Below, in pieces: positions 27,437 through 38,400 of a stretch of 64,000 nt of DNA. A model generated the notes under the pieces. It was not told where the DNA came from. It saw only the letters and a list, made by a program, of their open reading frames with translations, and made no database searches. How positions within the stretch are numbered: position 1 is the stretch's first letter; each line of letters starts with the position of its first letter. This stretch comes from an uncultured virus (IMG/VR IMGVR_UViG_3300021197_001844) (Duplodnaviria > Heunggongvirae > Uroviricota > Caudoviricetes): IMG/VR virus record IMGVR_UViG_3300021197_001844. One strand, given 5' to 3'. The translations under genes and the position numbers were made by a program.

Positions 27437-28455
27437 TAATCGCAATCCTCCAAATCACTGTCATCAACAAATGTTCCATAAATATCGTAATTGTCGCTAA
27501 ATTCTGGGTCAGGACATATAATTTCATCATCTAAAAAGATATTTTCTATTTCGTAGTCTTGGACTCTCTTGCAAATTTCTTCGTCGGGTATCATCCTGTC
27601 CATTGTTAAATCAATATAAAAGGAAAGAAAATCCGAGTCTGAGTCTAATGTTTCTGTTAAACTATCCCCTTCTTCACCGAAGTCCTCGTCTAATATGCTG
27701 GCTTCGTCCGTTACGACCAGCATTCCTTCAACAATCTTTTTAATTTCGCTTTCCATTTTCAGTCTGGTGTATACCCAACTACCCACCATTGTTCCGGTTT
27801 CTACCTTGTAGGCTGTAATAGAAAAATTATCTTTTTCATCAAAACCATTAAATTCTCTAAGTCTTATGATTGGATCTACATAATTCAAAGCATAGCCACT
27901 ACCATCAGAATATGAAGTAAACAATTCGCTGTCGAATATTTCAGAGTCTATGTCTTTAAAGACACTAGCCGATGCAAACATGTTTATTGGTATTTGTGGT
28001 ATTTGTGCACGACCAGAAGAGGAGGAATAGTAATTTAAAATACTGCTTTCGACTAAATTTTGACCAAAAATATCTAATGCTATTGCTGTGCTGTTTTTGC
28101 TATCATACGCACATGTACCAATAGCTTCACTGTTGGTCGTCAGTTGGTCGTCATTTATTGGGTCTCGCATATCTTTTATAGCGACAGAATCAGAAGTAAA
28201 TTTATTGAAGTTTGTCTCGACACCAGAAATATTTGGATTCAATTTTAGCAAAGGAGTTTGCTCTGTTATCCGGATGTGCGTCATGTTTTGTTCTTCAGAG
28301 GTGCCTCCGTTTTCGCACGCTGATGAATCATAAACAACGTTATCATCAAAAAATCTATACGAATGAGGCTTTAATTTCCCTATTGAAAGCAAGTACCTAC
28401 CATGCGGAGTTAACTCAATTTTCATTACATCTTCTTTTTTATTAAAAAAAGTCAT
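27436..28455 (-). CDS. Acidic virion structural protein
   Basis: N-terminal 'IELTPHGRYLLS...FFDDNVVYD' related to 20930..21886. Confidence 0.65.
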   Translation of the reverse strand: MTFFNKKEDVMKIELTPHGRYLLSIGKLKPHSYRFFDDNVVYDSSACENGGTSEEQNMTHIRITEQTPLLKLNPNISGVETNFNKFTSDSVAIKDMRDPINDDQLTTNSEAIGTCAYDSKNSTAIALDIFGQNLVESSILNYYSSSSGRAQIPQIPINMFASASVFKDIDSEIFDSELFTSYSDGSGYALNYVDPIIRLREFNGFDEKDNFSITAYKVETGTMVGSWVYTRLKMESEIKKIVEGMLVVTDEASILDEDFGEEGDSLTETLDSDSDFLSFYIDLTMDRMIPDEEICKRVQDYEIENIFLDDEIICPDPEFSDNYDIYGTFVDDSDLEDCD

Positions 28456-28456
28456 A

Positions 28457-31400
28457 TTACTCTCCGCTAAAAAGCCTCTTCGATGGCTTAATAAATTCGT
28501 TTCCTCTCTCTATCATTGCCTTGTTTCTTTTTACTATGGTTTCTTTGCCTTCATCATCCACACCCTTGAAATCAACTGATGCATCAACCTTAACTAGTTC
28601 AATAAAAGAAAAGAAATCATATGGCCAGTTGTACGATATTCCCTTGTTTGGGTTCCTTTCTATCAAGGTTGACTCTGGTATTGCTGCCAATTTACCTTGG
28701 GGCTGTTGTCTTCCAAAATTAGACTGGCCGGCTTGCAAATATATTTTATCAAAATAGTTTGTGTTTGCTCTCTGTTTAACTTTGAACACAATCCACTTTA
28801 GATTCTTTGCATCAATAATATCATTCTGGCTTAGTAGCCCGTTATCTATAAGTTTGTGAGATAAGGTTCTTTTAAGCATATTGTGGTTATTAGCAGATGG
28901 CGGCTTTAAACCTTGCCAAATATACTGCAAATCCTCTCTTGTAAAGGTATATTCGAAATCTAAAATATACATCAAGAAAGGGTCAATGGCATCTGGATAG
29001 TTTACGAAATCCATCTGCGGGGGGATAATAAACTCTTGCATTTTCGTGACCATGTCTATTATAGTCCTGTCGGGCATATCCAAGCCAACAGTCTTTTGTA
29101 CAGTGCCTTGTCCATCATTAATACCAAACGTAGGGTCAGAAGCCATCTTTAGGGCTGTTTTTACTGTAACTTTTGACATTTGCGGTGTCTCTTCTATTTT
29201 GAAGAATTGTTTTCCCTCACTCGTCTCCTTGTATGGTAAAAGTACTATGGCCTCCTTAACTACCATAGACTCAGGCATCTGTCCTAGTCTTAATGGCTGT
29301 GTGCTGAAGCCTACCAAATCTGCCAAAGAGGATGTTGGGTGCTGCTTGATAGGTCGACTGTGTGCTTTATTCCAGCTTCGTGGCACATCGCTTACCTTTA
29401 AATAAACACCCTCGCTTTTAGCTGGTAGTTCTCCAAATTGGTGCCACATACCCCTAGGGACTGATGCCGATGTTGGGTTATTTGGCACTGTTATAGAAGA
29501 GCTTTGTTCATACTTTTTGAAATTAAGAATTGGTGTCTCAAATTTCGCCTGTATAACCCATCTGGAATTTTCTTGATTTTCTACAATATTTTCATTGAAT
29601 TCTCCAACTTGAGCAAAACCAAGCAGGTTTACAGAGGCGCTTATTTGCATCGCATTGTCGTTCAAGACATCAATAGCCTGTGGCCCTATTGAAGAAGTAG
29701 TATTGTAGACAGTGTCGCTGGTAAACGGAGAGAGTGACTTCCTATATGGGAGACTATCAAATCTCCAATATGATACCGAAGAGCTAGCAATAATTTCGTC
29801 CAAAGGTACTCGACCTTGCCTTGTTCCTGACTTGTATACAATATCAGCCCATGCGTGGCCATGATAATACGGCGGGGTATAAGGATAATTTAGACCCTCT
29901 TTAGATTCAATCCTTATTGTGCCGATATCCGAGCCATTATCAGCTACACTGATACCATACCCGTCTGCTTCGGGTATTGATTCTATAACATTGCTGTTGC
30001 CGCTACCACCCACATAATTCCACTTAAATTGTCCTTCGCACTCAATCCCAAATGCTGACGGTCTTGAATACATAGTAATGTTTTCTTTTAGCGTTCCATT
30101 TCCTATGTCTTGTGGCGGATAATATAGAGTACCTACGGAGTTAGATACCATAGACCTCCTACTATTCATTGTCCTGTACATGTCGACACGCATAGCATAT
30201 GTTGTTTGTTCTCTTACAAAGAGTATCTCTTTATTTTTCTTTGAAGCAATAGCTGAATATGAGCCTCCATCTAAAAAGAAGTTTGGTATCTCGCCAAGAA
30301 AATTATGCGCCATCTTTGCATATAGGTTGTCACCGTTGCCATCCCAACTAGATGTTGACGACCAACTGCTGCTGTTAATCATCTCCACGGTGCTAAGTGG
30401 GATGTTCGCTAAATATTTTTGTGGCTCGACAAGTGCTTCAAACGGTATTCTCCTATCAAAACTGCTTTTTCCCAGCCCTCGGGTGTAACCGTCAAGTATA
30501 CTAAGTGTAGAACTACCAGTGTGTATGACTGTGGGCCAGTCACATGCAACACCACTTTTAATAGAATTATACAAAGTCCCGGGAGCAAAGAGAGGCTCGA
30601 TGAGAGCTTGCGCCGAAGCTGACAGAAAATTAGTTATCGTATTGCCACTTCTGCCAAAAAAAGATGAAAGACCAGCAGAGGCAGACCCAAAAGCAAAATA
30701 GTCTTTATAGGAATCATAGAACTGCTCTGCCATCTTTACAGTTCGTTGGACTGGGTAGAAGCCGTCGTATGGGAGAAACTTTGAAATAGCATTACAAGTA
30801 ATAGTTAACCTTGTTGGTTTTGCAAAGTCCTCATGGTCTTCAAGCAAAAAGCTGAAACTATTCATAAGGTCAGTTGTCGCATAAACATCATAAAACTTTT
30901 TAGTCGAGCTATCAGAATACTCTGAGGGTGCGCCATTTATAGACAAAAAATTATTTAAAGGCACATCGACTGACTTGGATTGATAGTGTTCAACAAAATC
31001 ACTAATCCTAAATTCCGGGATGATAGAATAATTTTTTCCAACTAATCTTATATCTTTTGCATACTCGTCATAAGAATCATAAAATGGCGATGAGTTTGTT
31101 TGCGAGGGAGCATCCCAATAAGCCTCACCGGAAAGCAGGTGTTTAGCAGCATTTGAATTCATATTCTCACCGGCTCTAATTCCCAATAGACCCGTTGGGG
31201 ACGTTACTGACTCTTTGTATCCATACAAGTGTCTTCTAGAGTAATACGGGGCTGGTCTGAGTCGTTCATTAATATTATTCACCCGCTTGCCTGTTCTTGT
31301 GACTCTTACTTCTGTTTCAACATGCAAATCCTTGCTGGCTTGGGCGTAGTGATTCCAAAGTATACCATAAGACGATGTAGTTGTGTAATTTGTACAAGAC

Positions 31401-32473
31401 GTGCCGACTGGGGTGGGCGTATAACCTGAACCAGAGTGACTTACCCCCATCCTGTGGATCATTGAATCATCAACCAGTTGATCGGTTAGCCAATTAGGGT
31501 CGACATCAAGAGGCCAAATACTACTGCTTAAACGAGCAGTATCGCCTGCGGTTCCTTCGTCAAAGGTAAGATTAAAACTAGTAAAGCCATCTGTTTTGCT
31601 TTCTTGTTGTCTGTTTGATAAACTGTCCCTCCATGGGAAACTAAATGTTGTTCTTTGTCTGTTTTCTTTTTTAAACGTAAACCTTTCTGGTGGGTAGATT
31701 GTACTCTTATACCTCATTCTTAAAAATTCATCAATAGGATTTTCCGGATCATCAAGTGCTCCATCCAAATACATACCAGACAATCCAATGTAATCTTCTA
31801 AAGATAACGGAGCCATGGCACTCTCATCAGATAGTTTTTCTAAATCGCTATCAGGTATTCTTAAGGTTTTGTTAATTTCTTTATTTGTGAAATTATAAGT
31901 TCTATTATCAAATGAGTGTTTTATTCTTAGACGTTTCATTCTAGAAGTCCTAGTGCCATAACTTGGCTCTTCGTCCAAGACAAACCCAAACGCATGCAAA
32001 AGAGGGTGGTGCCTTGCCACCACGCTTGGTTCATCATATAGTGCAACAGTGCCCCTTTTTGGCATTATTGTACTTTGCTTGCCGTCTATAACTCTAGTAA
32101 TTGGAACCGGATCGCTGAGTACGGAAAGTACGTTATTTTTCTTTTGATTTCTTGTAAGAGGGTTCTGTCCTATTCTTGCTGCTTTAAATGCGGGCCACCC
32201 GTGGGGGCCGTTTCTTCTTAGCATTAAAGCAGTAAAAAGCGTTGGAGTAGCAATACTCAATGAAGTGGCTGTACTAAATGCGTTATTCTTGTATTTTTCT
32301 AAAACCTTTTCGATATCAGAATTACCACCAGACTCGTATATTCCAATGTAGCCGGAGCGGGCATATACTGTGTCTCCATTTGTTAGCTCTTCGTTTATTT
32401 CAGCAACCTCACCGCCGGCAGGTTCATAAATGTATGTGTTCAGACCAACGAAGTCTATATAATAATTAGCCAT
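28457..32473 (-). CDS. Large virion structural protein (baseplate/tail)
   Basis: ~1340 aa; start MANYY preceded by GGAG; C-terminal 'YNWPYDFFSFIEL'; structural cluster. Confidence 0.7.
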   Translation of the reverse strand: MANYYIDFVGLNTYIYEPAGGEVAEINEELTNGDTVYARSGYIGIYESGGNSDIEKVLEKYKNNAFSTATSLSIATPTLFTALMLRRNGPHGWPAFKAARIGQNPLTRNQKKNNVLSVLSDPVPITRVIDGKQSTIMPKRGTVALYDEPSVVARHHPLLHAFGFVLDEEPSYGTRTSRMKRLRIKHSFDNRTYNFTNKEINKTLRIPDSDLEKLSDESAMAPLSLEDYIGLSGMYLDGALDDPENPIDEFLRMRYKSTIYPPERFTFKKENRQRTTFSFPWRDSLSNRQQESKTDGFTSFNLTFDEGTAGDTARLSSSIWPLDVDPNWLTDQLVDDSMIHRMGVSHSGSGYTPTPVGTSCTNYTTTSSYGILWNHYAQASKDLHVETEVRVTRTGKRVNNINERLRPAPYYSRRHLYGYKESVTSPTGLLGIRAGENMNSNAAKHLLSGEAYWDAPSQTNSSPFYDSYDEYAKDIRLVGKNYSIIPEFRISDFVEHYQSKSVDVPLNNFLSINGAPSEYSDSSTKKFYDVYATTDLMNSFSFLLEDHEDFAKPTRLTITCNAISKFLPYDGFYPVQRTVKMAEQFYDSYKDYFAFGSASAGLSSFFGRSGNTITNFLSASAQALIEPLFAPGTLYNSIKSGVACDWPTVIHTGSSTLSILDGYTRGLGKSSFDRRIPFEALVEPQKYLANIPLSTVEMINSSSWSSTSSWDGNGDNLYAKMAHNFLGEIPNFFLDGGSYSAIASKKNKEILFVREQTTYAMRVDMYRTMNSRRSMVSNSVGTLYYPPQDIGNGTLKENITMYSRPSAFGIECEGQFKWNYVGGSGNSNVIESIPEADGYGISVADNGSDIGTIRIESKEGLNYPYTPPYYHGHAWADIVYKSGTRQGRVPLDEIIASSSVSYWRFDSLPYRKSLSPFTSDTVYNTTSSIGPQAIDVLNDNAMQISASVNLLGFAQVGEFNENIVENQENSRWVIQAKFETPILNFKKYEQSSSITVPNNPTSASVPRGMWHQFGELPAKSEGVYLKVSDVPRSWNKAHSRPIKQHPTSSLADLVGFSTQPLRLGQMPESMVVKEAIVLLPYKETSEGKQFFKIEETPQMSKVTVKTALKMASDPTFGINDGQGTVQKTVGLDMPDRTIIDMVTKMQEFIIPPQMDFVNYPDAIDPFLMYILDFEYTFTREDLQYIWQGLKPPSANNHNMLKRTLSHKLIDNGLLSQNDIIDAKNLKWIVFKVKQRANTNYFDKIYLQAGQSNFGRQQPQGKLAAIPESTLIERNPNKGISYNWPYDFFSFIELVKVDASVDFKGVDDEGKETIVKRNKAMIERGNEFIKPSKRLFSGE

Positions 32474-32474
32474 T

Positions 32475-35400
32475 TTATACTCCAAATATTTCTGATGCAG
32501 AAGGAAACGTTATAGCTTCAACTTCTGTAAAATTGCCACCTGACCTGTCTACTATGGTGCCGTTGATAGGTGCATATCCAGTGATATTTTGACTTTGAAG
32601 CCAGTTGGTAGAGCCACTAACAGATGAGTTTATCCAACTATACTGAAATTCGCTTCTTGGTAATGTTGATGCCACTGATGCATTGTCAAAACGAGTTCCT
32701 AATACCACTGATGATCCGCTGTAAAAATATCTTCTTGATGTATTTCTGTGTTGCTTATGATAAGCACCAGATGTATTATAATTAGTACTTGAAACCGCTC
32801 CGTGCACTGAATCAATTCCGAATTTACCAGATCGTCTTGCTAATAGCGTCCTGAGGCCATCTCTTGTATCTAAATGAGTATTCATCCTTATTGTTGTGGC
32901 CTCTCCACTGCTTCGTCCTCTAACTGTCAAATTTCTATATGGCATAGCATTGTGGACGGAACGTTCTCTAAAGTGAACATCTAAGTACGCCGGACTATCA
33001 ATTTCTATACCACCGGGAGCAGCAAAGCGAGACACAACAACAGTCTCGCTGCTTCGGGTATTATCCCCGTCTTTATTGCGGCCGGGAATTGCCAAAACAG
33101 TATCGCTTGTATAGACGGCTGGTACTGGGTCGGAACCATGAGCCATTCCACTCAAACTATAGAAAGAAGCACCAGTTTTAGTAATATTTACGTTCAAAGC
33201 CGAGCCGGTTGTGCTTGATGTTAAATGGAAAGTTGCCTGAGTTGCATCCGAGTTAACAACCCCAATTGTATCGTATACTGTATTGTCCTTGATAGACTGT
33301 GATAATGAATTCCAGAAATTGGTTGATGATATCGAAGTACTAAAGTCAATACCCTTAAGGGTACTTGTATCAGTAACAGAGGAGTTTTTATCTAGCTCGA
33401 AAGTAACACCGCCAATTACAACACTGTGGCCGTCGATTGCCCTGTCTGTGTCGTTTGTGCCTCCGGCCAGATTGTTTAAACTAGTAAAAGAACTTCCTGC
33501 TTCCGATAGTGTCGCATTACTAGCAGTACCAACGGCACTTGCAGTTATATGAAAAGTAGCAGTCCCGTTGCTATTATCAGTATAGGTGACCGCAGAAAAA
33601 CCAGTTGCAGTTTTTATTGAGGCAGATAAGTTATTCCAGAAAGTTACGTTTGAAATTCCGAAGCCACAAGTAACATCATTATCAGCACTTGACCCTCCGT
33701 CACTCTGTAGTCTGAACACTTTTGTTGGTGATAGACCGATTGTTAAAGTATCATTATCGACTACACCAGCTTGAGTTATTCCGCCAGCAGTCTGTGTTAC
33801 CGAGAAGAAAGACGCACCAGAGGTGGTGATATCTCCATTCAATGATGCACCCGTAGTACTCGACGTGATATGGAAAGTTGCATGAGCATCAGCAGCAGCA
33901 ACGTCATAAGTAATTGTGTCATACACAGTGTTGCTGATAATTGATGTTCGTAAGGTATTCCAGAATGTTGACGCAGATTGATTATTTGTGAAAGCAACAG
34001 AAGTGTTTCCTCCGCTTGTGCCTGAGCCTGACATGTCCAGTTCGAATGTCGTACCGCCAACGGTAATAGTGTGTCCGTCGGCCGCTGCGTTTGTGGTGTT
34101 AACCGATGAACTGATCGTGCCATCTACTATAGTGAATGAAGCACCGGCAACGTTGGAGATAGTACCCTCATAGGCCGAACCTGTTCCTAAAGCATTGCCT
34201 TTAACAGTAAACAAAGCGGAGCCTTGTGTTTCATATATTGAGTTGGTTAAATATATATCCCCGAGAGACGACATTGAAGCAGTGGCATGTTGGGCGTCTG
34301 AGGTTTGATCCTTAAGGATGTCATTAGAGTTAAACGTTTTCGAATCGTCAACATCCTCACTTGTATCGCCGGATGTCCATGTGTCACCGCACCTTAACCA
34401 CAATTTTAGGTTTGATGAAGATACTGCGCTTCTTGCTGCATACAATTTATTATTATATAAAACATCTGGGTCTTCCGTTTTTAGATTGACATTCCAGAGT
34501 GCGAATTCGTCAACCCCACCATAAAATGAATTCACAGTACCATCAGAGAACAAGCCGTATCTTAAATTAGATGCTGGTATATCATATATATCACTAAAGT
34601 CCCCGTTTGAAGATGGTGTTGGGTCTAATTCTTCTTCTCCGTTAATTTGGATTCTAACATCTGGTACTGCATTCGTTCCCGACGTTCCCGTTAAAGCTGG
34701 CTGCCTTATTGCAACATGTGTCCAGTTATCCAACTGTAGCGGCGAATCAAGCGAAGCACTCCAAGTAACGATAGTTACTTGGGGAGAGGGGCCTGAGCCA
34801 CTGTACAGGCGCTCATACTGAATCTTGTTATCAGTACTATTATATGTTATTCTTCTAACATGACCAAACGCCGTTCCATTGTCGGAAGTGTCTCCGGTCT
34901 TTTCACAATATAATAATGTGTTAGTTTGCGAAACAGAGCTACTAGCGTGAATCCAGAAGGATGTGCTCCAAGCGCCTTGCTTGCCCCAGTGGTCAGATGC
35001 ATAAATACCAGCCATGATATTTGTAGTATTTTTAGCCTCTGAATAGACACCCTTTCCATATGTTGGTGCAGTCTCTGCGTAATCCGTGCTTACATATATT
35101 GTATTGCTCCGGATACTTGTTTGCAAATTAGTATAAAATGAAGTAATATTCGCTGGGGTTCCCGGCACTGAACCAGTTGACACCTGATGTCCGGAAGCCG
35201 CTGCGTTTATTTGAAAATCATCGCTAGCACCCGGAGAAGCGATTCGCAATTCGTTGGTATTGACAACGAAATCTTTTGACTTAACAGTAAATTGTCCTGT
35301 TGCAACATTATATATGGGTGGACGATATACTGAAAATGAACCCGATGCCGCTGCTCCTGCTACAGATGCACCAGTCACAACAAAAGAGCCCGATGCTAAT

Positions 35401-38400
35401 GTGCCCGGAATACTTGAACCGCTAACAGTAAACGTACCACGAGCAGGGGTCCCAGATGTACCAGCAATAAGAACGTTGTTGTCCGGTTGCATGCTGTTTA
35501 AATGAAAGCCAAATACATTACCAGCAGATGACGGTGTTCTTGAGATAAGACTCATAACATGCGTCGTATGAGGCAAGTCAGTTTTTATTGGCTCTGGTAA
35601 ATATAAACTGGCTTCGGAGTTATCTCTGTAGTAGAACTTACTTTCTTGGCGACCCACAAATAAGAAATATTCATATGCTTTTTTGTAATTACCTACAACA
35701 GAGCCATCTGTTTTATGCTTAATGTTTCTAATATTTACTGGTCTTTTCGCCTTCTCTTCTCTGAAAAAAGTTGCCTTCTTCTTAGCTATATCTGGGTATC
35801 GACCATACCTTGGATCACTAACAGGCACATTTATAGTTACACCATAATCCGCAGGGACGAAGCCTAGTGCGCCATCCTGATGGGTTGATGATGAGTGCTC
35901 ACCAATTAATATCCTCCATGCTTCAGGTCTCGTATATAAGTTATCAATATTGTTTGTTGGTGCCAAGCCAGTTTCGTCATCCCTCAAGCTTGTATCAAAC
36001 TTATTAATAGACACATGCCTAGACTGGTGTCCTCCTACATGTGTTTCTGTGAACGGGCCCTGCATTGGTATGTCGTTTGTGATATCAATAGTGTCTGAAT
36101 GTAGATTGGTAATTTCTAACTTATTTTTATATTTTTGGTTTACCTCTCTCGCATAGCCACCAGTAACAGATTTAGAAACGAAGTTCAGTGGAAAGGCCAT
36201 TATGCCTTTTACTTGGTGGCTGTAATCATTCTGTGTTGATAACGGTGATAGAGCAGTTGTTCCTTGGGTGCCCTCTCCCAAGAACGCATGAAAATCATAT
36301 TTTATTTTGACTCTTGGGTCATCAGCATCATCACACTTAGTTTGATTTACAAGCCCTTGCCCTTCGCCTATACCGACAACCATAACGTTGACTGGTATTC
36401 CGTAGCTACTCACTGGTCCGTGCGGGTGGACGGTCTCGTGTACAAAGTCCCTTCGCTTTGCAGTAAAATAATTAATCCCTGAATGTATTGTATTTTTTAA
36501 CACTGCGTCAAAATGGTATGGTCTATTTGTATTTCTAACAGCATAAGTCGACCCAGCATACGAGCTTCCGCCTCGAAGATCAAAAAGTTTTGGGCCCTTA
36601 TTGATGTTTCGATCATTGATAATGCGCCTTATTGTGTCAACACCGGGCGCAACAATAGGAGAAGGTTGCGGCTCTGGTTCGCTAAACTTTCTTCTAGTTT
36701 TTTGCCAAATACAATGAATATCATTCGGTATGGGAGACTGCGGCTGTGGGGCATGCGAGATTGACCAGTTGACTAGAGAACCTTCGGCACCTATCAGGGT
36801 GCCACTAATTTCTTGTACACGTTCCGCTGTAAACGGGAATTTTTCTCTAAATTTGTTTCTTTCCAAAGCATGGCTTTCTACAATATTTTTTATAGTGTCG
36901 CCAGTTCTCGTCGATGCTGGTAACAATTGTTCGATAGCATATGAAATACTCTCGTCAATCCACTTAAAATACCCAAAGTATCTTTCTGGATCTGGTGTAT
37001 TTGATACTCTTTCAAAAAACAATTGCTTCATATAATCTGCTTGTTTATATGAGTCCCTAAATCGATTTACAGGTAAGCCGACAAAATTACTAAAGTCCTT
37101 AACTGTTGCAAAAAAGTTTACCATTTCATCAGATATTGCACCGTATGGGCTTTTCTCAAATGAGAAATATATATCATTTCTATCGTCATCTTGGAAGAAT
37201 GCTTCTTGATCTTTTCCAACAATCTTAACACCATCGGACGAGTATGCCATTTCTGCTGGTTTTCTTTTTGCAGAATATATAGTCGCTTTATCCACAGCAT
37301 CTTTTGAAGATACAGGGAAGAATTGTCCTGCACCATCGTGTTTAACATTAATGATACTACCCATGTATTGGTATCTATTAGAGGTAGTAACTGAACCTGA
37401 TGATCTATCGGAGAAAGAAAGCATACCAGAAGCGTCACTAGTCGTTACTGTTCCGAAATCCCAATGTAATGCTAATGTTTCACCACGGGGCACTTGCACG
37501 TTATCAACTGCAAACAAACTATCTGTTTGTAGGGAATGCTTGGAGCCATAGTTTGTTGAATCAAAGGCATGTTGTTTAAGAGTTTCATCGTCGATATAGC
37601 TCTGCCAGTATCTAACTTGCGAAAGGTGAATGTCACTCTTGTGTAAAATTGAACCAGTAAAATTAGTCCTATGTGCACCAGCATATATTCTTTTTGCTCT
37701 GGATAAAAGTTTTTTACCAACAGCATTACTAACGCTAGCGGTAACAGCAAACGGACCATTATCAATATAAGAGCCATTAGTATTAATGCCATAAAACTCA
37801 ACAATATAATTTTTGGTATGTGCATCAGGAGCTACAACGCCAGCATACGGGTATGATTCATGTTTCACTCTAGCGGCTAATAGCCACTTTTGATTTTCGT
37901 AGGTATGTCGGTATAAAGATGAAGTTAAAAATATAGATGTACCGTCGACGTTACCAGACAAAATAAAACGAGCATGCTTACTTTCTGCTGTGTCTCTAAC
38001 TACAAACATGCTTAGATTTGCATCACTGTTGTGCCACGCATAATTGTTACTGTCTGTTTTTAAGGCACGGTGAAAGCCAGCGATTGAACTGGTCAAGAAC
38101 TCTGTATAAAAATATCCACGCTCATCTGGTCTTAACTTTCTTGGTAGCACCAAGTCTGTCTCCATTGTCAGGGAAGTATATTGCTCTGTATCTCCCTCGG
38201 ACCCGTTTATGTATGTAAACCCAGATGATGCGGTTGCTTGATACACAGTTGCAGACATATTGTTTTCAGCATTGAATTTTACAACCGGCTTTACTACTGA
38301 TTTAAATTCATACCTATCCTCCACCAGTAAAGTGGAGTTGTCGCAATACATATTTACTTTGACCAATTCTGTATCAAAGCCAGCACATCTAAATAAATTG

